DNA of 64,000 nucleotides from Octopus bimaculoides (lineage: Eukaryota): NCBI RefSeq assembly GCF_001194135.2, contig NC_068989.1:41793711-41857710 (forward strand). The letters run 5' to 3'. Shown piece after piece: positions 52,240 through 64,000 of the stretch. Every line of letters begins with the position of its first letter. The first letter of the stretch is position 1. The notes under the pieces were generated by a model. The model did no database searches and was not told the DNA's origin. It was given only the letters and a program-made list of their open reading frames with translations. The position numbers and the translations under genes are program-made.

Positions 52240-53094
52240 TAGTGAGCTGGCAGAATCCTTAGCATAAAATGCTAAGTGGCATTTTGTCTGTCTTTTCATT
52301 CAGAATTCTGCTGAGGTCAACTTTGCTTTTCATCCTTTCCGAGTTCTCTGAAATAAATACCAGTTGATCACTTGAGTTGAAATAATTGACTTACCCCCTT
52401 CCTTGAACATGCTGACCTTGGGCCAACATTTGAAACCATTATTAATGATCCTTTGCATTATAGACACAAGGCCTGAAATTTCATGAGAGAAAGCTAGTTG
52501 ATTATACTGAACACTCAGCTCAATGGCACTAATTTTATTGACCCCAAAATTTCAAAAGGTAAAGTTGACCTTGGCAGAGTTTGAACTACTACTACTACTA
52601 CTAATAATAATAATAATAATAATCCTTTCTACTATAGGCACAAGGCCTGAAATTTTGGAGGAGGGGGGCAGTTGATTGGAATGACTCCAGTATGCAACTG
52701 GTACTTAATTTATCAACCCCGAAAAGATGAAAGGCAAAATCGACCTCAGCAGAATTTGAACTCAGAATGTAAGGACAGACAAAATGCCGCAAAACATTTC
52801 ACCCAACATGCTAACAATTCTGCTGGCTCGCTGCCTAATACAATAGTAATAATAATAATAATGATAACAGTTTCAAATTTTGGCACAAGGCCAGTAATTT
52901 AAGGGAAAGGGGTAAGTTGATTACATTGATCCCAGTGCTCAACTGGTACTCATTTTGTCAACCACAAGAGGGGATGAAAAGGCAAAGTTGACCTTGGCAG
53001 AATCTGAACTCAGAACATAAAGATGGATGAAATGCCACTAAACATATTGCCCAAAATGCTAACTATTCTGCCAGCTCACCATCTTAATAATACA

Positions 53095-53590
53095 AATAAG
53101 TCTTAGAAAATGACAAAGCAACAATACTCTGGGATATGTCAAAACACACAGATACAGAGATTAAGGTTAATAGGCCTGATATAATTGCCAGATATCACCA
53201 AGAAAAAAATACCTTTTAATCGACGTAATTATCCCAAAAGATGACAATGTATTTCTAAAAGAAATGGAGGAGAAACTCTCAAAATACAAAGAACTGGAAA
53301 TAGAGATAAACTGAAACCTGGAAACAAACAATTCCTATACTAAAATAATAGGCACATTGGGATTGATTAAAATACCATACAAATACATGACTAAAACACC
53401 AGGACTTATGAACATATAAAATACCGAAAATAGCACAGCTAGGCATTGCACACATCCTATGTTAAGTACTTTCAATACAGTGAAAATAAAACCACCAAAA
53501 CAAACCACAGCACATACCCAAGGAACACAGAGCTGTGCTCAGTAGGACAGTGAAAGCACGTGATAAAAGTAAGACAACTGAATAATAAGT
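53095..53590 (+). pseudogene. RLE non-LTR retrotransposon endonuclease-domain relic plus 3' UTR
   Basis: VLENDKATILWDMSKHTDTEIKVNRPDII / YLLIDVIIPKDDNVFLKEMEEKLSKYKELEIEI / IIGTLGLIK / IAQLGIAHIL, matching the PD..D..K-type RLE pattern with frameshifts; ends in AATAATAA. Confidence 0.85.
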
Positions 53591-53853
53591 AGAACAAGGT
53601 TGTGTTAATGAGTCTTAGGCTATGTGTGAGCCCCGTTCCTTGCATTAAAATCTGTTAATTTCTCTCCAGGGTCCTTCGTTTATTGTAACTTGGCTTCTTG
53701 AGAGTAAGCACACAGTGTCTACCACCACTGCTGCCACCGCCACCACTTGTATATTTTTAACGCTTAAATAGAGACATTGTAAATGAGAGGTGTTAACTGA
53801 CATGACAAACCAATGTATACTAAATAATATAATGTTGGTATGTAGATCTAGAG

Positions 53854-54073
53854 CATATTTCCCAACTATTTTCTGCGAGGCCCCACTATAACTTTTCAGA
53901 AAAATGTATGCCCCAACTGGTGGTTGGATAAAAGTATGGGTGTAGTGTTTGCTGTGTAAAAAAGATTTTCACAATTCCATGTCCTACTAAAAAAAAAAAA
54001 AAATTGATCCCACCCCCACCACAATTTTCCTAAGCCCCATTGGTAGGGATATGCTTCACGTTGGGAATCAATG
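53854..54073. mobile_element. hAT (Charlie/Buster-type) MITE with perfect 8-bp TSD
   Basis: TIRs CATATTTCCCAAC / GTTGGGAATCAATG and an identical ATCTAGAG duplication at 53846-53853 and 54074-54081, fitting the NTCTAGAN preference of Charlie-type hATs. Confidence 0.85.
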
Positions 54074-54459
54074 ATCTAGAGTGACATTACCACACACATA
54101 CACACAAACACAATTCAATTGTTAATTTCTGTTTCCTCACATATTAGTTATAAGCAAGCTTCTTTAGAACAAGGTTGTTAGTTATGTGTGTGTGTATGGG
54201 CGTGCTAACGATTACATAAGAGGAGGAGAGAGATGGATGCATGCATAAATAGATAGGGTAAGTAGTTATATGTATGTAGTGTACTGTAACGTCATCAAAT
54301 GATGACTATTACTCCTACCATCACCACAACATGCATATACAAGAGGAACAGTTAGTAGCTTCAGTAAAGTGCAAGCCCACCAGCCCCAATGTGTACCATG
54401 GCTGCCAGACTGACAGACATATGCAGCACCCAATGTCTATCTATCTATCTTTCTCTCTC

Positions 54460-54501
<42 letters not shown>

Positions 54502-54940
54502 TATAATGTACAGCCAAAGCTGTGTGGTAAGAAGATTGCAGTGTGGCATCTTGAGCAAATGTCTTCTTCCCAGGCTGACCAAAGTCTTCTAAGTGGATAT
54601 GGTAGATGGAAACTGAAAGAAGCCCCATTGTGTGTATGCATATGTGTGTGTGTATGAGAGAGAAAGAGAGTGTGTGTGTGTGTGTGTGTGTGTATAAATG
54701 TGTGTTACTGTCCCCTTGCTTTGAAATCAGGTGATAGTGGTAAACAAGTGTCACCACAATACAAGCATAGTTCATCATTTCCAATCTTCCAAGCAAACAT
54801 GTCTGGTCATGAGAAAATATTATCTCACTTGGAAACAATTTGAGTGTTGGTGACATGAAGAGCATCCAGCCACAGAGAAAAATGCACTATGACAAATTCT
54901 ATCTGGCCCATGCAAGCAATAGAAAGTGGACATTAAAATG

Positions 54941-54974
<34 letters not shown>

Positions 54975-55499
54975 CATTTAATGTATACTGTATTAAAATA
55001 AGAGCTACTCATAGTTTCTAGCCATAATGACGTGTTTAGGCAGGTTTTTATAATGTGTCTTGTATTTCCAAGCAATCTTCGGGCTCTTAGCACATGGTTT
55101 GTTCTAGTCGATAACCAGGACATTGGTACAGTAAACTACATACATACTCACACACACATGCATATGCAGTGTACCAGAACATTATTCAAACATTGTGATG
55201 CAAACAAGAGACCTTCTATATGTAGGCATTCAGACATCTTGAAATAGCAGCCAAAGCTCCCTCAAATCACATCTTGCCATCTTAAATGATGAAATCCAGG
55301 GTAAGCTATGAATTCTTTTTTTTTTAAACCAAATTCCAACTGATTAAAAGTACATTGTAAAATAATATCTTGAAATTTTCAGTTTCACAGATACTACATT
55401 CAACAGTTTTCTGCATTGCTTAAAAGAAAGAAAGAAAAAAAAAACATAAAAAGCTTCCATGAAAAAACCCCAATAAAACTGACATTCAGTTTGTTATGA

Positions 55500-55995
55500 T
55501 GAGTGTTCCAGTTGATCCAATCAATGGAACAACCTGCTCCTGAAATTAATGTGCAAGTGGTTGAGCACTCCACAGACATGTGTACCCTTAACATAGTTCT
55601 CAGGGAGATTCTGCGTGACACAAAACATGACAAGGCTAACCCTTTGAAATATAGGTACTACTCATTTTTGCCAGCTAAGTGGACTGAAACAACACAAAAT
55701 GAAGTATCATATTTCTTTATTGCCCACAAGGGGCTACACACAGAGGGCACAAACAAAGACAGACAAAAGGATTAAGTCGATTACATCAACCCCAGTGTGT
55801 AACTGGTACTTATTTAATTGACCCCGAAAGGATGAAAGGCGAAGTCGACCTCGGCGGAATTTGAACTCAGAACGTACAGACGAAATACTGCTAAGCATTT
55901 CGCCTGGCATGCTAACGTTTTTGCCAGCTCGCCGCCCTCGAAATGAAGCATCTTGCTCAAGGACAAAACACACTGCCAGGAATTGAACTCATGGC
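55500..55995 (-). mobile_element. SINE family C host carrying a nested family B SINE (55709-55940)
   Basis: Host body is interrupted by a well-preserved CpG-rich family B copy, flanked by AAATGAAGTATC (55697-55708) and AAATGAAGCATC (55941-55952). Confidence 0.85.
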
Positions 55996-56199
55996 CTTAA
56001 GCCATGTGCCATAGTTGACTTCAATGAATTTCTATGAAGAAAGACCTAGTAGGAGAAATTTTGTTTCTATAAATAAAAATGTTAGTCAATTTTTAGATTT
56101 GGATCGCTAATTTAACTACTATTCTGTAGCTATTAGTGATGCTTTAACCCTTTAAATGTGAAATTAAATTTCATGATTATTCCACTGAAACAGTAAAGA

Positions 56200-56513
56200 T
56201 CCCCCTTCAGTCATGAATGACCATAGGATTGCACCTAGAAAGCTACCCTCTGAGGCACAAGTCCAGGCAAGGTGTTGCTTATGGGAGACCAGCAGTCACC
56301 CATGCATATTAGCCTTCTCTCTCCACACCACCAATGTTGTCCGCGGGAAAAGCAAAAGCCACTAGTAACATAACTCATTTTTACAGACAAGTGAACTGGA
56401 GCAATGTGAAATAAAGTGTCTTGCTCAAGAACACAACACAGAGCCTGGTCAGGGAATCAAACTCACCACCTCATGATTGTGAGCCCGACGCTCTAACCAC
56501 TGAGCCATGCACC
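56200..56513 (-). mobile_element. tRNA-headed SINE (family C head, different 3' module)
   Basis: On the minus strand: A box TGGCTCAGTGG (56507-56497), B-box-like GAGTTTGATTCC, then GTGTTCTTGAGCAAGACACTTTATTTCAC. A related decayed copy lies at about 12410-12615. Confidence 0.8.
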
Positions 56514-56682
56514 TTCAGTATTCCACTAATGATGTTCATTAGATATTTGTCAAAATATAGAATTGATATTTTCTGCAAGTCACTGCCTCAATAAACTTGA
56601 TATTTCACAATGAAAAATAGTTTCAAAGATAACATTCCTCAACAAAAGATAGATTTGTATACAAAACTGCTTTCTACAGTTA

Positions 56683-58030
56683 TCTATATATATAAAAATG
56701 AGAATGTGTGTGTGTCTGTTTGTCTGTCTGTCTGTCTGTGTGTGTGAATCCCTAAAACTCGAGAACTACGCAACCAATTTCATTCAAATTTTTCAGATGC
56801 CTTACTTAGGGTTCCAGTTGTGTTTTAGTCAAAAAAATTTTTTTAACTTCTTGCAGAGTTCGAGCCCACGGCAACATAATATCTCCTCCACTATTTAAGT
56901 ATTACGTGTCAAAAGTGAAACAAAAACACTCATGTCAAATACTTTCACTTTAAAAATGAAACTATTCTAACTGAAACAATCACATTTCGATACTGTAATG
57001 ACAGATACTTTCAGAGAGAGANNNNNNNNNNNNNNNNNNNNNNNNNNNNNNNNNNNNNNNNNNNNNNNNNNNNNNNNNNNNNNNNNNNNNNNNNNNNNNN
57101 NNNNNNNNNNNNNNNNNNNNNNNNNNNNNNNNNNNNNNNNNNNNNNNNNNNNNNNNNNNNNNNNNNNNNNNNNNNNNNNNNNNNNNNNNNNNNNNNNNNN
57201 NNNNNNNNNNNNNNNNNNNNNNNNNNNNNNNNNNNNNNNNNNNNNNNNNNNNNNNNNNNNNNNNNNNNNNNNNNNNNNNNNNNNNNNNNNNNNNNNNNNN
57301 NNNNNNNNNNNNNNNNNNNNNNNNNNNNNNNNNNNNNNNNNNNNNNNNNNNNNNNNNNNNNNNNNNNNNNNNNNNNNNNNNNNNNNNNNNNNNNNNNNNN
57401 NNNNNNNNNNNNNNNNNNNNNNNNNNNNNNNNNNNNNNNNNNNNNNNNNNNNNNNNNNNNNNNNNNNNNNNNNNNNNNNNNNNNNNNNNNNNNNNNNNNN
57501 NNNNNNNNNNNNNNNNNNNNNNNNNNNNNNNNNNNNNNNNNNNNNNNNNNNNNNNNNNNNNNNNNNNNNNNNNNNNNNNNNNNNNNNNNNNNNNNNNNNN
57601 NNNNNNNNNNNNNNNNNNNNNNNNNNNNNNNNNNNNNNNNNNNNNNNNNNNNNNNNNNNNNNNNNNNNNTACATTGTGATTTCTGCAATGTGGTGCATAA
57701 ATTGTCAAGTAAATGAGAAACATCTTTGCCTCCACTGATTCACTTGCAAAGTGTTGAGTACAATTATTTCGTTGCAGACCTCCTTTGGGTCTTTTTATTA
57801 TCACTGCGACACACATAGTCCCCAGTTGGTAACATTGATTTCAAGGCCCTCCTAGATGAGAGACTGGCATTCCACTTAATGTCTATGTTCCATGCTGGCA
57901 TGGATTGGAGAGTTATTAATGTAGAAATATGGTATCGTAGCTACTAACAGTTGAGGGTTGCGTAGTCTAGACGGCGTTTTTAGATTTCATTATTCTCTTT
58001 AACCCGGGCAAAGCCGGGTATTTCTGCTAG
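56683..58030 (+). mobile_element. Non-autonomous Helitron
   Basis: A|TC 5' start (TCTATATATATAAAAATG), subterminal hairpin ACCCGG-GCAAAG-CCGGGT (58002-58019), CTAG|T 3' end, and no TSD. The interior is partly gap (57022-57669). Confidence 0.88.
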
Positions 58031-58976
58031 TGGGTAATAAAATTTAGGATATATCTAACTTTCACAGTAAAACAGTTAATATAATTTGTATGGATAAACT
58101 TTCCAGTCTTTTGCAATATAATTTTTATTTATATGAAATGTAATATTTCATGCAACATTCACCTAAGTTTTATATTTAAATAATGTTTCAATAACGAAAA
58201 CATAATGGTATGTATTCTACCTTGTTTAAAACAATAGGGTGTGATTTGAAATTTAGCTGCTATTTCTAGCAGATCGAATTACAACTTAGAAGCCTCCTCC
58301 TCCTCCTTCCAAAGAGGTTATGGTTATGAAGGCCAAGTTAGGACTGATCAGACAGACCTAATGTGGCACACAGCCTGTCAAATACCTATCCGTGATTCAT
58401 TAGATCTATTGTAATATTTGTCATAGAGTAGGTAATACTGTGTACTTTGAATTATTTAAAAATAGCAGCCAAATATTCCTCAAATTATATGTTACTGCAT
58501 CAAAAAGTAGAAGGGCACACTAGACAATATAGTCCTAGATATACAAAAAATATAGGATTTCATGTTTGGAATACTTTTGATCATAACCCTATTGGATGAA
58601 GGTTGACCAAGTGTTTAACAACAACCATAGCACCCCTCCACACACACACACCAATAACACTACTACTACTACCACCACTAACAGCAAATAACAACACTGC
58701 TACCACCACCAACAGAACTACTATAACTAATACTAAACCCAACAACAAAACACTACCACCACCACCACCACTAACAACACTATTATCGCAATCACCACCA
58801 CCACCACTAACAAATAACTATGTCACAACTGTCAACACTACTACAATCACTACAACCACCACCAATTTCATACCCAAATATAATCTCAGATTTAAGAGGA
58901 GATGGCAGTGGGAAACAGTGACTTAATGTGGGAATTAGGAACTGGTTACCATCAGGACACAGTAGTTACAACACTG

Positions 58977-59038
<62 letters not shown>

Positions 59039-59176
59039 NNNNNNNNNNNNNNNNNNNNNNNNNNNNNNNNNNNNNNNNNNNNNNNNNNNNNNNNNNNNNN
59101 NNNNNNNNNNNNNNNNNNNNNNNNNNNNNNNNNNNNNNNNNNNNNNNNNNNNNNNNNNNNNNNNNNNNNNNNNNNN

Positions 59177-59216
<40 letters not shown>

Positions 59217-59331
59217 TTAAGGTGAAAAAGCATAGAAATCGTGTTAGAATAGATAAAGATTATGTGCTTTTTCATCTTAAATCTCATTTTATATTTACCA
59301 TCATGTGGAATCTCCCTCTGAATTTTTCACC

Positions 59332-59384
<53 letters not shown>

Positions 59385-59976
59385 GTTATAAAATAACGAA
59401 GGTGGTTAGATGCAGTATAAAACCAAAAAGGAAAAATTCCATTATCGTTAATAGTGACTGAGGGTGCAAGGTATATATCTGTCTGTCTGTATGTATATAT
59501 GTATACATATGTGTGTGTGTGTGTGTATATACATACGCACACACACCACACAATATATCTATACATATATGTGTGTATGTATATGCACATACACACACAC
59601 ACACAAATGTATAAGCAATATGGATACACTATGGGTAGGAGTGTAGAAGGAGGTACACAGAACAGTCTGTATGCTAGCTGACACATGCTGAATTTAAAAC
59701 ATGGTTATTAGCAAAACCTCTTTAATTAGACGAAGAAACAAAATTGTTGCATTGGTAAGTGGGATGGTTGGGTGGAGACACTTTATAATAGAATGTCTTC
59801 AGATTCACAAGGACCAGGTCAGTACATGAAATAAGTGAGATGTTCTTCTTGAAAGCATACCTTACCTAAAACTCCCTAGCAACTGTTGATAGAACTTCTA
59901 GTCACCTAGAAACAAATGAGTAGAACTTCTAGTCACATAGAAACAAATGAGTGTCATCTACGGGCTTTACCACAAT

Positions 59977-60281
59977 ATGTACAAGCTAAGAGAGCCTGTC
60001 TGTGAAGAGCTTGACTGGCTATAAATAGCAGCCAAATCAATCTCAAATCATATCCTGCTGTCCTAATAAATAGGAGGGATGCACTGGAGGATATGTACAA
60101 GCTAAGAGAGCCTCTCAGTGAAGAGCTTGATTGGCTATAAATAGGAGCCAAACCTATCTCTAATCATATCCTGCTGTCTTAATAAAAAGGAAGTATGCAC
60201 GGGAGGATATGTACAAGCTAAGACAGCCTCTCTGTGAAGAGCTTGACTGGCTATAAATAGCAGCCAAATCTATCTCAAATC
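59977..60281 (+). repeat. 116-bp tandem repeat, about 2.6 copies
   Basis: Units start at 59977, 60093 and 60209 (ATGTACAAGCTAAGAGAGCC...). The unit contains AAATAGCAGCCAAATC, a motif of a dispersed repeat also seen at about 28950, 55250 and 58250. Confidence 0.9.
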
Positions 60282-60318
60282 ACTGGATGATGTAGGTCTA
60301 CCTGCCCTTGAAATAACA

Positions 60319-60905
60319 CACAGGGCGTTTGGGCTAAATTTGATGATTTTCTTTTTAGTCTCCTTGTTTGTCCACATTTATAGGAATTTTTATGTCATTG
60401 TTTATGTCTCTTTTTTCAAACAGTCAATAACATTGGAAAGATTAAAGATGTAGTTGAGAAAAGGTTAGTAGACAATGAGGTTCCAACAGACAGGCATACT
60501 CAGTTTCTAGCAACTGCTGTCTACATAGAGGTGTTAGAGAAAGTTGTGAGGTCCTGGATAGGCAGAGAACACAACAGAAGGCTATACGTCTTCCAGTAAG
60601 ACTCTGCATTGTCTCATAAGTCTAGGACAACATAAGTATGAATGAATACCAATCTCCATGATCATGTTTTCTCAGACACATGGCTGCCAGACCTCAATCC
60701 ACTGGACTATATAATGTATAGGGAATAATCAAGAGAGAAGTCAATCAACGCTCTTGAAACATCATACAATCTTTCAAGTCCACCATAATTAGCACTATGT
60801 CCAAAATTGATAAAGATCATCTGAGTCACATATGTCAACATTCCCAACCCTGTATTGAAGCAGTCATTGATGCTAACAGTGGATTCATTGAACAAGTGTA
60901 ATAAA
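60319..60905 (+). pseudogene. Decayed maT/DD37D-like transposase relic
   Basis: AVYIEVLEKVVRSWIG...LYVFQ*DSALSHKS...PDLNPLDY...IEAVIDANSGFIE parallels the 37752 element. Confidence 0.75.
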
Positions 60906-61989
60906 AGGATTCTCAAGATTACTTATACCAATTTATTTTCAAACACAGGTTTCTTTGATGAGCCATGCATCTTTTTCTAAATTCATACAAATGAGCTCTA
61001 AAGACTGATGCACCCAGCATATAAATATATATATATATATATATGATGGGTTTCTTCTTTCAGTTTTTGCCTACCAAATCCACTAACAAGGCTTTTGGTT
61101 GACCTGGAGTGATAGTAGAAAGCACTTATCTAAGGTGCTGTGGAGTGGGCCTGAACCCAAGACTACATAGCTGGGAAGCAAGTTTCTTAACCATGCAGTC
61201 ATGCTTGTGTGCCTGTGCTTATGTATTAATAAACCATAAAACTCAGATGTGGGTTGCTTTATAATTGTACATGAATATTTGATTCTGTTGTTTTCCAACA
61301 TTCTGACCTTACCACGACACCAAAGGCAAATACTATTATTTGAACATTCTGACCTATCCATTTCTTGCCCCTCATTCATGCCACTCATCTTTCGGTCCAA
61401 TATTTCTCCTTCACTTCATCTCAACTTATTTTCATTTGAAGGACAACAACCCAAGACACTAAGGTAGGCTGTTGTTCGCCAAATGAGGACAGACCAACAA
61501 TAACTGCACCTTACTTTATTCTCATGTCAAGGACAACGGGTTATAACATTAAGCTTTTCACTCCTTGCAACAATTTAACTTACTGAAATTTTGTGAACTC
61601 TCTCTCTCAACACTATAAAGTGCTTCTTTTAAATAAATAGTGTCAGTTTTAAAAAATGTTGGTGAATGTGTGTGTGGTAAGAAGAAGGAGGGAAATCTGT
61701 ATAAAATGAGAGAAAGGAAGAGCAGCCAAGCGAAAAAATCTTCACAAAAGATACCTTACCTCCAAAGGAGGGAAACAATGCAAGTGTATGTGTATGAGAG
61801 CATGTGTTTGTGTGTATGCATAAGTACGTGATACACACAATACTGGTTTTGCATTTAAACTTAGTGTATAAAGCTTGGAAGATACTAGTTTAACTAGGAA
61901 GTCACTACCAAAATGTCTCACAAAAACTGATGATAGAAAAATCTAAAGAAAAATCCCCCTAAAAAGGAGAAATCTCCAAGGGTTACTTG

Positions 61990-62950
61990 TGAAATCTCCA
62001 TAAAAGCTTGCTCACACTAACACTAAGAAAAGTGGTCTTTCACATTTGGCCTCCAATCTACACCTTCATGCTCAGACCAGTCCTGTTCACATAGACCATG
62101 CATTCTACTCCCATCCACCTTTCTACAAATTTGCTTAGAGGAAGGACTTCTCTTTCCACCCACTTGACTTTACAAGTGTAACTTGAAAAAGTTGATGATG
62201 GTTTAGTCACAACGGAAGATGCCTGCCTTCAGCCCTTCTAATTTTGTCCACCGCACAAACTCTTACACCAAAGCCACCAGACAGATAAAGACTCTCTACA
62301 CTTCAAGGTATAAGTAAAGTGGTAGGATGATCTTCACAGTAGACTTAGCTGACAGCTGGAGCCATCCTACATATGGTACCAGCTATTTGGTGTAACTTCA
62401 CAAGTCAGTAATGCTCAGGAACTTGATGAGCGCATGTAGAATGACTTCATTGCTCTGCATGTATCTCAGACAAGTCCAGCTAACAGCATTTCTATAACTG
62501 TAGAGTTATCTTGTATTAGTAGGGTCTCCCAGTAGCACTGCCATACCAGAGATTTCTGGAAATTACTCAAGAGTTCTGGTTTGAAAGTACTCCAGAACAG
62601 ACCAGATATTTAAGTTTCCCTGATGCCCAGAGTTCTCCAAGAAAGCAATTGCTTGTGTCTAAGGCTCATCCTTTACAGAATGCTGCAGAACTTCCACCTA
62701 CCACATTACTCAACTTGAAGGCTGTGAGTACTTGATGACATACCAGATACCAAATGCCTTGTCTTGGTCTTGAACAAGACAGCAGCTCTGTCAAGGAAAT
62801 GAAGTGGAGAAAAAACATATATGTCCGACAAAAAGTAACCACACCAGTTACGCATCAAGATATTGCTAGAGATACTGCAGTCTCAGTGCATGCCCAGGCA
62901 TCATCAGCCAAGGAAATGCTCAAACTTCCATGGAGCATGAGGGTGGTCAG
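61990..62950 (-). pseudogene. L1/Tx1-like LINE ORF2 C-terminal relic
   Basis: Minus-strand frames give PWLMMPGHALRLQYL, GIWYLVCHQVL, NFQKSLVWQCYW, NEVILHALI, VFICLVAL, IINFFKLHL and EREVLPLSKFVERW...SMKV*, with many stops. Confidence 0.75.
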
Positions 62951-63380
62951 TCTCATCAAGGTATGGGGCAAGAGGAAGCTATCCTTGAAAGGTCAACCAG
63001 AAGGTGGTGAATACCTACATCTCTTCTATCATCTGCTTCTATTGCTGGCAACACAGGCATGAAAACTGAGCATGTCACAGATGATGATGTACAAGCATGC
63101 ACTGAGGCTGCCACATCTCCAGGAATTCATTGACAGTGAACAGGTGTGGTTAGTGTTTGTCAGAAGCATTTTTTAGCAGCTCATCCCTTTGATGAGAGCT
63201 GTAATCCTGGATCAAGCAAAGACCAAGACAGAGCTGTTATCATCTGAAATGTCATAAAACACAGTTCTCCGCCAGTCAGGCAATGCAGGAGGTGAAAGTC
63301 CATCAACATTTTATAGATTTGTGGTAGACAAAAAGACAACACAGTGACCCAATAGGTGATTCTTTTGTGACTGACTTTAC
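62940..63380 (+). pseudogene. Second L1/Tx1-like LINE relic, opposite orientation
   Basis: RVVSLIKVWGKRKLSLKG (L1-clade W..R.LS..G motif), NTYISSII, KHALRLPHLQEFIDSEQVW and SWIKQRPR. Confidence 0.75.
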
Positions 63381-63839
63381 CCATGGATGTAGTACTGCCT
63401 GTCTAGTCTTCAGCATTTATTATACATGAAAGAGTGAAACAATCACTGTTCAGAGAGACAAAGAGTAAGCTCTTCATCATAGGGCCTCTTCAAATCATCC
63501 CTGGACAATCCTACAACAGGCTCCAAAACTGAAGGAGTAGTTCTTATAGTTGGTTTATTATTATTAATATTATTAGCAGCTTTGATTAAGTGGGAGGGAA
63601 ATGATTACTAATCTTTACAAATGTTTTTTTTATATTATTCTAAATATCACATTCCAGTTAGTGGATTCACACTGAAGTGCATGTGCCATCATGATCATCA
63701 TCATCGCTAGGTAGGTATGTACATACATGTACGTATAAATGCATATACTCATTTATTATTTGTATTATATATATACACACACACACACACACACATCATT
63801 ATCATCATCATTTAGCATGTTTTCCATACTGGCATGAGC

Positions 63840-63930
63840 TGGAGGGTTTCACAGGAGCTGGTAAACTGGAGGGTTTCACAGGAGCTGGTAAACTGGAGGG
63901 TTTCATAGGAGCTGGTAAGCTGGAGGACTG
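63840..63930 (+). repeat. 27-bp tandem repeat x3 inside a family D element
   Basis: CTGGAGGGTTTCACAGGAGCTGGTAAA repeated three times. Confidence 0.9.
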
Positions 63931-63954
63931 GGCTGTTTGTTTATCTATCTATCT

Positions 63955-64000
<46 letters not shown>

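Noticed and set aside
56440-56513. tRNA gene
   Set aside because: Has A/B boxes but no acceptor-stem closure and continues into a SINE body; treated as a SINE head.
61310-61480. Possible upstream exon with GTG|gtaagg donor (MSGMNEGQEMDRSECSNN...)
   Set aside because: Phase 1 donor does not fit the phase-0 acceptor at 34012, there is an in-frame stop upstream, and no homology is recognised.
62754-63062. 102-aa plus-strand ORF as a host gene
   Set aside because: Its left part is the antisense of one LINE relic and its right part is a second LINE relic.

Overview
AT-rich animal genomic DNA from a draft assembly, with nine N-gaps that mostly sit at (TA)n or (TG)n tracts. The dense microsatellites and SINE/MITE repertoire suggest a coleoid cephalopod, probably Octopus; this is inferred from repeat style and no search was run. 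I can reconstruct one protein-coding gene, on the minus strand. It has a probable short first coding exon (43238-43197, MGCSLHPSQTLRKR), a 1781-nt exon encoding a Ser/Thr/Lys-rich low-complexity region plus the first half of a SAM domain (34012-32232), and a 115-nt exon completing the SAM domain (19217-19103). Splice phases match across all three, giving about 646 aa so far, and the gene probably continues leftwards. I do not recognise the orthologue. The rest is intron or intergenic DNA filled with tRNA-derived SINEs (at least three heads), TTAA-flanked and hAT MITEs, Tc1/mariner relics, a non-autonomous Helitron, RTE, L1/Tx1 and RLE (R4/Dong-like) retrotransposon relics, and tandem repeats. 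There are no rRNA genes, true tRNA genes or CRISPR arrays. I found no convincing new multi-gene system. The most unusual signals are structural: a near-identical inverted local copy ending exactly at a retrotransposon 3' end (41.0-42.3 kb), several long foldback palindromes (one centred on head-to-head TTAGGG/CCCTAA), minisatellites built from TE functional motifs, and a SINE whose tail matches a co-resident LINE 3' end.
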